Shown: one piece after another, positions 20,308 to 30,392 of the stretch
Position numbering within the stretch: the stretch's first letter is position 1
How the letters are laid out: every line of letters begins with the position of its first letter
NCBI GenBank assembly: GCA_963708075.1
Contig: OY970194.1
Location: 4,896,001 to 4,960,000, forward strand
Source: Sedimentisphaerales bacterium
GTDB lineage: Bacteria > Planctomycetota > Phycisphaerae > Sedimentisphaerales > Anaerobacaceae
Direction: 5' to 3'
Length of the DNA: 64,000 bases
The notes under the pieces: generated by a model
What the model was told of the DNA's origin: nothing
Databases searched by the model: none
The model's input: the letters and a program-made list of their open reading frames with translations, nothing else
Translations under genes and position numbers: made by a program

Positions 20308-20403
20308 ATTTACGATTTGCGATTTACGATTTACGGGTACTTCGGCTGAGCCTGTCGCCAGGGCGAGGCCGAATGGTGGATCGTAAACTATAAATCGTAA
20401 ATC
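20308..20403. repeat. Heptamer-arm palindrome
   Basis: (ATTTACG)-like x4 left arm; (ATCGTAA)-like right arm; central hairpin. Confidence 0.8.
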
Positions 20404-20414
20404 CGCGGGGCCCT

Positions 20415-20750
20415 ATGGACCTGAATGAGCCTGCAATCACAGTCGGGTATGGAACGGACGTGACGATCGCGACGTTCAACGAGCTGACCATCATCGAGGA
20501 ACAGCAGATCCGCGATCTGGAGGCCGAGCTGGTGGCCATTGTCCAAAACAATGGGGCCAAGAAGCTCCTCCTGAACTTCGAGAATGTCCAGTTCATGTCC
20601 TCTGCCTTCCTCGGTCTGCTGGTGAAGGTCCACAAGCGCGTCATCGAGGCGGGCGGCACGCTCCAGCTCCATAACCTCAACCCGAAAATCCACAAGGTCT
20701 TCGAAATCACCAAGCTGACGAAGGTCCTCGACATCGTCCGGGCGAAGTAA
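20415..20750 (+). CDS. STAS-domain anti-sigma-factor antagonist
   Basis: LLLNFENVQFMSSAFLGLL...VFEITKL. Confidence 0.93.
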   Translation: MDLNEPAITVGYGTDVTIATFNELTIIEEQQIRDLEAELVAIVQNNGAKKLLLNFENVQFMSSAFLGLLVKVHKRVIEAGGTLQLHNLNPKIHKVFEITKLTKVLDIVRAK

Positions 20751-22253
20751 TCACCAGAGCTTTTGCTGATCGACGTTGTCCACCTGCTGCCTCTTGCCGC
20801 GGGCGGACTTCGTCGCTTCCACGATGTCAAAGGCGGCTTTCGGGCAGGCGCCCTTCGGACACTGTCCGGTCCAGCAGTACAGGCAGAGCTTCTCTCTGGG
20901 TAGCCCGATGGCCTTGATCATGTCGTCCACCGTCTGGTACCGCAACGTCGTGACGCCCAGGTCGCGGGCGATCCAGTCCACCATCTTCGCGTACTTCTCC
21001 GAGGTGTCGTCGATGTAGGGCGACACGTCCGCCACGTCGTGGTTTTCGAGGCTGCGAATGGCCCTGCGGGCGGCGAGCTCGGCGACGGAGCGCGTGGACA
21101 GGTTGAAGATGCAGGGGAACATCAGCGGCGGACAGGCGGGCCGCACGTGGATCTCTTTGGCGCCGCCGTCCCACAGCTTCTGAATCGCGAAGTTCTTCAA
21201 CTGCGTGCCCCGGACGATGGAGTCTTCGCAGATGACGATGCTGTTGCCCTCGATGACTTCGCGAACGGCGATGAGCTTCATTTTGGCGATCAGGTCGCGT
21301 GTGTGTTGGGATGGGGGCATGTAGCTTCGGCCGTAGCCGGGGGTGTACTTGACGAGCGGGCGGCGGAACGGCTTGCCCGACTCCATGGCATAGCCCAGGC
21401 CATGGGCGATCCCCGAATCCGGGACGCCCGCGACCAGGTCCACCTGAATGTCCTTGTCCCGCCTGGCCAGGCAACGACCGGACCTCTCGCGTGCCACCTC
21501 GACGTTGATCCCCTCGTAATCCGAGGCGGGAAAGCCCGTGTAAATCCACAGGAAGGTGCAGATCTGGTTCGCTTTGCCCCGCCCCGGCCTCTGCTGCACG
21601 AGCCCGTCCTCGTTGATCAGGACGATCTCGCCCGGGTCGAGGTACTTGACCGGCTCAAATCCGAGGTTCGGAAACGCACAACTTTCCGTGGTCACCGCCC
21701 ACCCGTCCTTGCCCCGGCCGATGACCAGCGGCGTATACCCGAAGCGGTCCCGGGCGGCGTAAATCCCCGTCCGGTTCAGCAGCAGCAGCGAGCAGGAGCC
21801 CTCGATCGCCTCGAACATCTTCTCGATCCCGTCCACCAGGTCCGTACCCTGCGAGATGAGCTTGGCGACCAGCTCGGTCATGTTCACGGCCCTTCGGCTG
21901 ACCTCGCTGAAGGAAATCCCGCGCTTGAGCAGCCTGGCGGCCAGCTCCTCGTCGTTCTCCACGACGCCGTTAGTGACCAGGCAGAATGGCCCGAATCGCG
22001 AGTTCTGATAGATGGGCTGCTCTTCAAGGGCGCTGATGACGCCGATGCCCTTGCCGCCCTCCATCTGCCTGTAGCCCTCGAAGAATTTCGATTTGAACTG
22101 GCTTTGGCGAAGATCGTGGATGTGGCGGGTGAATTCGCGTCCCAGGATGGCGATGCCGCCGTATTCGGTGCCAAGATGAGAATGATAATCCGTGCCGTAG
22201 AGGAGAATCTCCGCACAGTCTGCCTTCGATACCACGCCAAAGATGCCGCTCAT
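20751..22253 (-). CDS. purF: Amidophosphoribosyltransferase-like protein (N-terminal Ser instead of Cys)
   Basis: MSGIFG start with GGAGG RBS; ARDRFG, VPDSG, EDSIVRGT, CPP...PC and CLYC motifs. Confidence 0.88.
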   Translation of the reverse strand: MSGIFGVVSKADCAEILLYGTDYHSHLGTEYGGIAILGREFTRHIHDLRQSQFKSKFFEGYRQMEGGKGIGVISALEEQPIYQNSRFGPFCLVTNGVVENDEELAARLLKRGISFSEVSRRAVNMTELVAKLISQGTDLVDGIEKMFEAIEGSCSLLLLNRTGIYAARDRFGYTPLVIGRGKDGWAVTTESCAFPNLGFEPVKYLDPGEIVLINEDGLVQQRPGRGKANQICTFLWIYTGFPASDYEGINVEVARERSGRCLARRDKDIQVDLVAGVPDSGIAHGLGYAMESGKPFRRPLVKYTPGYGRSYMPPSQHTRDLIAKMKLIAVREVIEGNSIVICEDSIVRGTQLKNFAIQKLWDGGAKEIHVRPACPPLMFPCIFNLSTRSVAELAARRAIRSLENHDVADVSPYIDDTSEKYAKMVDWIARDLGVTTLRYQTVDDMIKAIGLPREKLCLYCWTGQCPKGACPKAAFDIVEATKSARGKRQQVDNVDQQKLW

Positions 22254-22588
22254 GCTCTGCCTCCTGTGGGTTGCCCGAACCCGTGGGGTTAGAGGACTCC
22301 TTACCTGATGCCTTCCAAGAGTACGCCACAGGATACCAGAATCCCCGCCACGACGCAAGTGTTTCCGCATCACCGCCCCGGCGAGGTGTGCGACTACATT
22401 TCGTGGGCCCCAATGGCTTCGCTGGGCGAGCGAGGACGCCCACCCTACGCCGAGAGCCGTCGGCGCTCTTCGTAGGTCGTGCGTCCTCGCACGACCCTTT
22501 TGCACCGCGTGAAAAAGGCTCAAAAGACGAGCTTTCCCAACCGGCCGACAGAATCTTCCCCACGAAATTTAGTCACACACCCGGCGAG

Positions 22589-25060
22589 TCACCCGATGAA
22601 CAGATTCACGTTCGCGGACCCCGCCCGATCGAGGTACATGGCCACGCCGCCCTCTTCCACGCCGTCGATCAGTTCCTCGCGTTTGATGCCCATCAGGTCC
22701 ATGGTCATGGTGCAGGCAACCAATCGCACGCCGCTGTTCCTGGCGGCCGCAATAAGCTCGGGCAGAGAAAGGACGTTTTTCTTTCTCATGATCCCTTTGA
22801 TCATGGCGGTTCCCAAGCCGGCCATGTTCATCTTGGACAGGGTGGTTTTGCCGGCCCCGCGAGGCATCATCCAGCCGAACATCCGCTCGATGAAAGTCTT
22901 GCGGACCGACACGGCTTGCGAGCGGCGAAGCAGGTTCAGACCCCAGAAGGTGAAGAACATCGTCACGTTGCTGCCCATGGCAGACGCCCCGTTGGCGATG
23001 ATAAAAGCGGCCATCGCCTTGTCAAAGGCATCGCTGAAGACCACGAGGGTCTTGTCGGTGGAAGTCCCTGCTTGCACAGGCGTTCCGGAGGCTTGGCCCT
23101 TCTCCACGACGGCGCGAAACACGCCTTTGACGAGCTGCTTCTCGCGCAGCCGGTTGCCGGTGGTGTGACACCAGCCGTCCAGGTCCGCGGCGAAGGCAGG
23201 GTCGGAGACAGAGATTCGCACGGCCTGGCCGGGCTGAATCTGGTCCATGGCCTGCTTGAGCTGCATGATCGGGCCGGGACATTGCAGGCCGCAGGCGTCA
23301 ATCTCCTTAACGATATGAACATGGCCGTCGGAAGCGGGCCGCACGTCCTGGCCGGCCTGGCCTGTGTCGTCTTTGATCTCACGCTGAATCTTAGGTTTGT
23401 CTGACATCAATCCTACCACCTGACCATAGGTCTTGTACCCGCCTGAGAGATTGCGGCAGGCCAGCCCGTTCTGGGAAAGGATGCGGCAAGCCAGGTAACC
23501 CCGCAGGCCGACCTGGCAAAAGACCAGGGCCTCTTTGTCCTTGGGCAGCTCGCCGAGCCGGCTGCGCAGCTCGTCGAGCGGAATGTGCACCGATCCGGGG
23601 ATGGTGCCCTGTTGAACCTCCGGCACGGTGCGCACGTCCAGGAGCAACTGTTTGGGGCCGGGATTCACCACGTCCGCCACGTGACAGATCCGAGCCTCTT
23701 TTCGCAGCACGTTGGCGGCCACAAAACCCGCATAGTTGACGGCGTCCTTGGCCGAGCCGAAAGGCGGGGCATAGGCCAGTTCGAGTTTCTCCAGGTCGTA
23801 CACGGTCATGCCTGCCCGGATGGCCACGGCCAGCACGTCAATCCGCTTGTCCACGCCCTCGGCCCCGACACACTGCGCTCCCAGTATCTTGCCGGTCTCC
23901 GGATCGAAGAGGAGTTTCAGGCTCAGTTGCGTTGCGCCCGGATAGTAGCCGGCGTGATTGGCCGGGTGCACGTAGACTTTCTCGTAGGCCAAGCCCGCCC
24001 GCTTCAGGGCCTTCTCGCTAAGTCCCGTCATGCCGACCGCCAAGTCGAAGACTTTGCAGATGGCAGTGCCCTGAGTCCGCTCATAGACGGCATCTCCGCC
24101 GAGCGCGTTGATGGCGGCGATCCGCCCCTGCCGATTGGCTGGTCCGGCCAGAGGGATCACGGTGGGGAAGCCGCCAACCAGGTCCTGAACCTCCACGGCG
24201 TCACCGACCGCATAAATGTCGGGGTCTGATGTTCGCATATGGTCGTCCACGACGATGCCCTTGCGTTGGCCGATGGTCAGGCCCGCTTCCGCCGCGAGCT
24301 TCACTTCCGGCCGGACGCCCACGGCGAGGATGACTAACCCGCATGGGATGACCCGGCCCGTACTGAGTTGCGCCTCCAACTGGCCGTCCCGGTCTTGAAT
24401 GGCCGTGACACTGTTGCCGAGGCACAGGTCCACACCCTGCAGACGCAGATGTTCGTGCAGGGGCGTGGCCATCTCCGGATCAATCGGGCCCATCACCTGG
24501 GACTCGAGCTCCACCAGCGACACCGCGAGCCCGCGATGCACCAGGACCTCCGTCATCTCCAGGCCGATGTATCCACCGCCAACCACAACCGCAGACTTGG
24601 GCCCGCCCGCATCCACCACGGCTTTGATTGCGTCCATGTCCGCCAGACTGCGGAGGGTGAAGACCCGCTTGTGGTCCGCGCCGGGGATCGGCGGCCGGAC
24701 CGGCTCAGCGCCGGGACTCAGGATCAAAGCATCATAAGGCTGCTCGTATTGTGTGTCTTTGGCTTTGTCATGCACCACCACGGTCTTGGCTTGGCGATTG
24801 ATGCGGATGACCTCACTGCGGGTGCGGACATCGATAGCGAATCGCTGCCGCATCGCCTGGGGGGTTTGTACTAGAAGCCGTACCCGATCCTTGATGATGC
24901 CGCCGACGTGGTAAGGAAGCCCACAGTTGGCGAACGAAATATCGCCGCCTCGTTCAAACAGAACGATCTCGGCCTCTTCACTGATCCGCCTGGCCTTGGC
25001 CGCCGCCGACGCACCCCCTGCCACCCCACCCACAATCACAATCCGCTTACGTTGCCCCAT
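22589..25060 (-). CDS. CoA-disulfide/persulfide reductase fused to rhodanese, TusA and DsrE/F-like domains
   Basis: GGVAGG, SFANCGLPY, YAPPF; FCQVGLRG (rhodanese); IDACGLQCPGP (TusA); FFTFWGL and ACTMTM (DsrE-like). Confidence 0.93.
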   Translation of the reverse strand: MGQRKRIVIVGGVAGGASAAAKARRISEEAEIVLFERGGDISFANCGLPYHVGGIIKDRVRLLVQTPQAMRQRFAIDVRTRSEVIRINRQAKTVVVHDKAKDTQYEQPYDALILSPGAEPVRPPIPGADHKRVFTLRSLADMDAIKAVVDAGGPKSAVVVGGGYIGLEMTEVLVHRGLAVSLVELESQVMGPIDPEMATPLHEHLRLQGVDLCLGNSVTAIQDRDGQLEAQLSTGRVIPCGLVILAVGVRPEVKLAAEAGLTIGQRKGIVVDDHMRTSDPDIYAVGDAVEVQDLVGGFPTVIPLAGPANRQGRIAAINALGGDAVYERTQGTAICKVFDLAVGMTGLSEKALKRAGLAYEKVYVHPANHAGYYPGATQLSLKLLFDPETGKILGAQCVGAEGVDKRIDVLAVAIRAGMTVYDLEKLELAYAPPFGSAKDAVNYAGFVAANVLRKEARICHVADVVNPGPKQLLLDVRTVPEVQQGTIPGSVHIPLDELRSRLGELPKDKEALVFCQVGLRGYLACRILSQNGLACRNLSGGYKTYGQVVGLMSDKPKIQREIKDDTGQAGQDVRPASDGHVHIVKEIDACGLQCPGPIMQLKQAMDQIQPGQAVRISVSDPAFAADLDGWCHTTGNRLREKQLVKGVFRAVVEKGQASGTPVQAGTSTDKTLVVFSDAFDKAMAAFIIANGASAMGSNVTMFFTFWGLNLLRRSQAVSVRKTFIERMFGWMMPRGAGKTTLSKMNMAGLGTAMIKGIMRKKNVLSLPELIAAARNSGVRLVACTMTMDLMGIKREELIDGVEEGGVAMYLDRAGSANVNLFIG

Positions 25061-25320
25061 ACCAATCCTATTCCCATTGAGACCTCACGACGCCACCATA
25101 CCCACGCACCAGTTATACCCCCTCCCCCCCACCCCGGTTCACGCACAATATACCCCCAAGAGCCCCTCGCATACAGCCGCCCCGGCAAGGTTCCATCAGG
25201 AACACAGGAGACGTCCGTCCCCGGTCAGTCGGACGGCCCTCCGCTCATTTTGCCACCCCCGCAATGTGGTTTCTCGACTCACGCGCGCCTTGAGAATCAG
25301 CGCCGTTTCGCATGCAAGCT

Positions 25321-27789
25321 CTACGACCAGATACGACACCACCTCGACAGGGCCCACCTGAATGACGCCCAGCCTACCCTCTCGCACTCCGCCAGTACCG
25401 TGCGCGCTTCTTCGAGGGTGGGCGAACGGAGCTTCGTCAAGATTTCCACCGCACGCCGTGCGTAGGGCAAGCCCTCCGCCTGCTTTCCCTGCCGGCCTAA
25501 GGCATGAGCAAGTCGAAAGCAGTTCTCCGCAATCACTTTCTCATGGCGGAGCCTCTCGGAAAGGCGCAAGGCGTCCCTTGCCAAAGCTTCGGCTTCAAGC
25601 CAATCCTTCCGGTCCAAGGCAAGAGCAGCCAACAGCCCCGTGTAGGTAGCCACCCCGTTTCGGTAGTGGACAGCACGTGCCACACTCAGCGCTTCATGAT
25701 AGTAGTCTTCCGCTACAGCAAAACGCCCGGATAGGCGTTCGACATCGGCAATGTCCTTCAGGGCAACCGCCTCGTGAGCAGTGCCCCTGGATGACTCGCG
25801 GCAAAGAGCGAGAGCCTCTTGATGACTCCCAATGGCTGTGACGTAATCCTGTTTTAACCGGGCGTAGAGGCCGCACAGACGCTTGGCCTTCGATTGCTCA
25901 AGAGCAGCGGTAGGAGCCGCTCCCCAATGAAGTGCTGCGCAATTCGCGCACCCCTTCACAGCTTCTGCCTCGCCTCGCACGTAGTGGACGTAGCCGGCCT
26001 GGTAGGTCCGCCATCCGGCATTATGGTGATCGCCAGCAGCCAAGGCCTTGGCTTCGGCCTTCTGATTGAGCGAGAGCCGTTCATCCCAGCGCCCGGTAAA
26101 GTTCAGAAAATCGGAGAGGTGCTCACACACGTGTTGAAGCCGGTCATTGGGCCCGGCAAGGAAGAGGGGCAGGGCCGAAGCCACGATGGGCCAGGCGGTA
26201 TCGAGCATTGGGAAATGCTCGTGCTTCTTCCCTCCGTTCTCAGTGACAAGCGTATAAGCGCGATTCTCCAGCCGGTTGCCGGTTTCTGCGACGACTCCGG
26301 GCCGTTTGCGCCGCAGGAACTCGGCGACCATCGGCACGAGGGTGAAGGCTTCTGCCCCCTGATCGGGGACAACGAGGGAGTGGTTGGCGAGGCTGCATAG
26401 CGCGATTTTGACCAGATCTTCTTGGAGATCCACGACATCGGCGACGTGCTCCACTCTTGCCGGAAGGGTGAAATGAGTGAGAGCGCAGAGCACGAGCGTC
26501 TCGTCTGCGGTGAACTCCTCCACGAGATCGTCGAAGATGAATCCCAGGGGGTTGTCTTTGGGTGGGCAAGTGCTTAGGAAGTGCAGGGCGTCGTCGAACG
26601 TGCGGCAACTGCCGCGGCCGAGTTGCCCCGCCAGCCAGCGCAGGAGCAGTGGCTTGCCGCCGGTCCGCTCATAGAGGGCGAGGCGCTGTGCCTCGCTGGT
26701 TCTGTGGAGCAGGTCGTTATGTTGGGCGAGATCAGCAAGGGTCGCCAGCGCGGCAACCTGGTCGAGCCGTTCGAGCATGAGTTCCTCGGAGCCGAAGCCG
26801 ATACGGCGGCGGCTAGTGAGAATGGCCTTGCAGCCCTGGGGCAGGCGTTTGACAAAGGTGAAAAGCTGGTCGCAGTCGGACTCGGGGAAGGATTCGAGAT
26901 TGTCAAGGATCAGCAGCGCCTTCGTGGAGCGCAGAGTATCAAGCAGAAGGCGGACACGCCGGTCCGCCGGGGCCTCTGTGATTCCCACCTGCCCCAACTC
27001 GCGAGCAAGCTCGTTGAGCATTTCGAGAAAGCCTGGCAGAACGAAGGGTCCGAGCACGTGCACGCCTTCGTCGTCCAACTCGCGTTGTTTCGCGGACAAG
27101 AAGATGATTCGCTGGAACTGGTCGGGCGTGCAGTCGTAAGCAGCCCGGACGGCGAGCGAGGTCTTGCCCATGCCGCCGGGCCCGTCGATCAATACACCCC
27201 AAGTGCGGTTCTCGGGATCAAGGGCTTCTCTGATCTGCTTCAATTCCTCCGTGCGCCCGAAGAACGGCTGGATGCGCGGAAGGTTGTTGGGAACGGCCGT
27301 GGAAAGGGGCTTATGATCGTCATCGGGAGGCTTGGTGTAGTAGTCCTTGGACTTGCCCTCATTCAGGGCGAGACGTTCGAGGATGAGATCGGCGGCCTGC
27401 TCGGGCGTCAAGTCATCGAGGTCAGTATAGCCGGCGAGGCCGTGAAGACCCTTGCCTTCGACACACCCGAAGCGAGTCAGCATGACTTCTTCGACCTTGC
27501 GTTTCTTCAGCAGGCCGAAGATGGCATTCCACTCCAAGCCGCACCACTCCTTCTTATCGTAGTCCGGGCAGAAGACCGCAACGACAAGGTCAGCCTCCTT
27601 TTCATAGAGGTCCGGCAGATAGAAGGCGAGGTCACTGCGCGAGAATTCCGCCTTGTGATACTTGTCATACAAGATTTTCGGCTCGCCGAAATGATTGGCG
27701 AGGATCGCCGCAACCCTGGAGATAAAGTCCCGTTTCTCCCCAGCAAAGGAGAAGGCGACGCGGAATCGTTTGGCGTTTGGGTCAGGCAT
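25321..27789 (-). CDS. TIR - STAND (NB-ARC-like) NTPase - TPR protein
   Basis: VAFSFAGE...YDKKEWCGLE (TIR); FFGR, GPGGMGKT, LLILDNLE, ILTSR, GKPL; C-terminal TPR-like helices; start placed at ATG 27789 downstream of the predicted promoter. Confidence 0.88.
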   Translation of the reverse strand: MPDPNAKRFRVAFSFAGEKRDFISRVAAILANHFGEPKILYDKYHKAEFSRSDLAFYLPDLYEKEADLVVAVFCPDYDKKEWCGLEWNAIFGLLKKRKVEEVMLTRFGCVEGKGLHGLAGYTDLDDLTPEQAADLILERLALNEGKSKDYYTKPPDDDHKPLSTAVPNNLPRIQPFFGRTEELKQIREALDPENRTWGVLIDGPGGMGKTSLAVRAAYDCTPDQFQRIIFLSAKQRELDDEGVHVLGPFVLPGFLEMLNELARELGQVGITEAPADRRVRLLLDTLRSTKALLILDNLESFPESDCDQLFTFVKRLPQGCKAILTSRRRIGFGSEELMLERLDQVAALATLADLAQHNDLLHRTSEAQRLALYERTGGKPLLLRWLAGQLGRGSCRTFDDALHFLSTCPPKDNPLGFIFDDLVEEFTADETLVLCALTHFTLPARVEHVADVVDLQEDLVKIALCSLANHSLVVPDQGAEAFTLVPMVAEFLRRKRPGVVAETGNRLENRAYTLVTENGGKKHEHFPMLDTAWPIVASALPLFLAGPNDRLQHVCEHLSDFLNFTGRWDERLSLNQKAEAKALAAGDHHNAGWRTYQAGYVHYVRGEAEAVKGCANCAALHWGAAPTAALEQSKAKRLCGLYARLKQDYVTAIGSHQEALALCRESSRGTAHEAVALKDIADVERLSGRFAVAEDYYHEALSVARAVHYRNGVATYTGLLAALALDRKDWLEAEALARDALRLSERLRHEKVIAENCFRLAHALGRQGKQAEGLPYARRAVEILTKLRSPTLEEARTVLAECERVGWASFRWALSRWCRIWS

Positions 27790-27895
27790 ACGTCGCACCT
27801 TGTCGCTTCCGGCAGCCGCATCGGGACAGGGCACCAGAACAAGATTGCGGCCGGCGGTTCTCATACGCACTTCATGTCCCATCGATACAAGTAAG

Positions 27896-27924
27896 AGGAT
27901 ACCGCCAAATTGGCCGCGTGTCAA
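27896..27924 (-). promoter_or_regulatory. Sigma70 promoter of the TIR-STAND gene
   Basis: TTGACA-17-TATCCT. Confidence 0.65.
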
Positions 27925-27930
27925 TGGCTA

Positions 27931-29076
27931 AGTAGGTAGCCAAAAGTTTTCACAGGAACGATTCTCTTCGCGTGTATGATGGGGTACATGCGAAGAACGA
28001 AGAGCGCCTCAGAACGTGGTTTCGATCGATATGATAAACATCGTCTTACGCGGGCCTTACAGGGGGTCGCTGACATTCGCACCTACCGGCGTATCGAAGC
28101 GATCCTGTTGGTGGCCCAGGGTCGGACGGTTCCGGAAGCAGCGCAGATCACCGGGACCCGGCCGTGGAGCGTCTATCGCTGGGTGCGGGCCTATCTGCAC
28201 ACCCATTGTCCAGACCGCCTGCAGGACGCACCGCGTTCCGGACGGCCTCCGGTCGCCACGCCGATCACGGACGCCCGTCTGGTACGCGAGTTCCGCCGGG
28301 ACCCGATGCGTTTGGGCTATCGCGCCACGGGTTGGACGGTGTCCTTGCTGGCAGATCACCTCCAGCAAAGGTACGGGTGTGCAATCTCGCCTCGTACCCT
28401 GCGGCGGCGGATGCGGGACTTGGATCTGCGGTGGAAACGTCCCCGGTATGTCTATGCGACCAAGGACCCGAACCGAGCCCAGAAAAAGGGGGCCTGGTTC
28501 GCCGCCTGAAACGGATGCCGGCGCTGGCGGTGCTGTTGTTTTCGGATGCGACCATCCTCCGCTGGTTTCCGCCCTTGCGCTATGTGTGGGCGTTTCGCGG
28601 CGAACAGGCGCAGGTCAAGATCACGGGCCAAAACGACAAACGGGTTCTGTTCGGCACGATCAATCCACGAACCGGACACCGGGTGGTCCTGCGTCGGCCC
28701 CGCCAGCGGCAAGAGGACTTTCAAGCCTTCCTGCGGGAGTTGCGGCGACGGTATCCCGGACGCCCGATTTGGCTGTTGCTGGACAAGGCCTCTTTTCATC
28801 AGGCGATCAAAAGCCAACGACTGGCCACCCACTTGGAGGTGACCCTCTTGTGGTTGCCGAAGCAGTGCCCGGAACTGAACTCTCAGGATCATCTCTGGAA
28901 GGAGTTGAAACGGTTGATTGCGGCCAATCGCCAGTTCCAAACGATTGATGATGAGGCGGCCTACGCGGAACAGTGGCTCTTGGGACTAACTGCGACCCAG
29001 GGCCTCCGCAAAGCCGGTGTCTTGTCGGCGGATTTCTGGCTCAAGGCTTTTGTGTGAAGACTTTTGGCTACCTACT
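27931..29076 (+). mobile_element. Complete IS630-family insertion sequence
   Basis: 24-bp TIRs AGTAGGTAGCCAAAAGT(T/C)TTCACA (27931-27954, 29053-29076); TA duplicated on both sides in a CTAG target. Confidence 0.95.
27976..29057 (+). CDS. IS630 transposase, two ORFs joined by a -1 shift at A5G5
   Basis: OrfA HTH (APRSGRP, WTVSLL, LRWKRPR); AAAAAGGGGG at 28483-28492; OrfB catalytic FSDAT, LLDKA, PELNSQDHLW. Confidence 0.9.
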
Positions 29077-29156
29077 TAGTGGGACGGGAAGGGACAAGGC
29101 AGCGGTGTGCACAGCACACCCTACCGGCTCTCGCCGGCGCACAAGCAGAGTCTGTC

Positions 29157-30392
29157 TTATTCGGGGTACTGGAGGTACCTGGCCCGCATCTGCTGGAAGG
29201 TTTCGCACTCGGCGTCCCAACGCTTCCGCAAGTCTTCGAGAGGTGAGCCGGCAAGGATGGCTTTGCGGATGGTGCCGGTGCCGCAGAGACGGTCGAAATG
29301 AGTCGTTCGCCATTCGAGCTGGTCTTTGTGCAGGGCATGGATCGCGGCAACGATCTCCACGCCGGTCCGGAAGGGTTCGAGCTTGTCGCGGTCGGTGACG
29401 GCGAGCTTGATGCCCCGGCATAGCCGGTCTTTGTGCTTGGAGGACGTGGGCGTGAATGTGGTTGTCGCGAAGGAGATGCCGGGCAGGCGCAGCTCGTTCA
29501 GGCGGGTGCAGAGCTTGTCCGCATTCAGCCACGGCGCCCCGAACTGGCGGAAGGGCATGGTCGTGCCGCGGCCTTCGGAGAGGTTCGTGCCCTCCAGCAG
29601 GCACAGGCCGGGATAGATCGTCGCCGTCTCCAGGTCCGGCATGTTCGGCGACGGCTTGATAAAGGGCAGGCCCGTCCCGTCGTACCACATGCGGCGATTC
29701 CAGCCCGTCATGGGTACGACGACAAGGTCCGCTTTCACGCTTTTCGCCAGCCAGCCCTCGCCGTTGATCATCTTCGCCAGCTCGCCGACGGTCACGCCGG
29801 TCCGCACGGGGATGGGGTACAGGCCCACGAAGGTGGCGAACGCCGGTTCGAGGATCGGACCCTCGATCTGCAGACCATTGATCGGGTCTGGCCGGTCCAG
29901 AACGACAAATCGCTTGCCGTTTTCCGCGGCCGCCTCCATCGCCAGTGACATCGTATAGAGATAGGTATAGAATCGCGCCCCCACGTCCTGAATGTCGAAG
30001 ACCAGGACATCGACGTCGGCCAGCATGGCAGGCGTGGGCTTATTGATCTTGCCATAGAGACTGTGGACAGGCAGGCCGGACACGGGATCAGTCTCATTGC
30101 CCACCTTCGCCCCGGCCTCCTCGGTGCCGCGCAGGCCATGCTCGGGGCTGAACAGGGCGACCACCCGCACGTCAGGCAACTCCCGAAACACATCGACAAT
30201 GTGTCTGCCTTGGCTATTATAGGACGTATGATTGGCAATAATACCGACGCGCTTGCCTCGGAACAGATCCTTATGCTCCCCAACATTATCCAGCCCGGTC
30301 CGCACCGCCGCCGGGCAGCAGCCCACCAGCCATCCAGCCGCCATGATACAGGCCGGAACCCACATAGAGACAGGTTGAGCGATCATGGGCAT
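29157..30392 (-). CDS. namZ: Exo-beta-N-acetylmuramidase NamZ (DUF1343/YbbC)
   Basis: LFSPEHG, SLYG, FDIQDVGARFYTY, LDRP, PSPNM, SEGRGT. Confidence 0.92.
   Translation of the reverse strand: MPMIAQPVSMWVPACIMAAGWLVGCCPAAVRTGLDNVGEHKDLFRGKRVGIIANHTSYNSQGRHIVDVFRELPDVRVVALFSPEHGLRGTEEAGAKVGNETDPVSGLPVHSLYGKINKPTPAMLADVDVLVFDIQDVGARFYTYLYTMSLAMEAAAENGKRFVVLDRPDPINGLQIEGPILEPAFATFVGLYPIPVRTGVTVGELAKMINGEGWLAKSVKADLVVVPMTGWNRRMWYDGTGLPFIKPSPNMPDLETATIYPGLCLLEGTNLSEGRGTTMPFRQFGAPWLNADKLCTRLNELRLPGISFATTTFTPTSSKHKDRLCRGIKLAVTDRDKLEPFRTGVEIVAAIHALHKDQLEWRTTHFDRLCGTGTIRKAILAGSPLEDLRKRWDAECETFQQMRARYLQYPE

Noticed and set aside
27790..27924. N-terminal extension of the TIR protein from TTG at 27924
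   Set aside because: That TTG is the -35 box of a consensus promoter, so the start must lie downstream.
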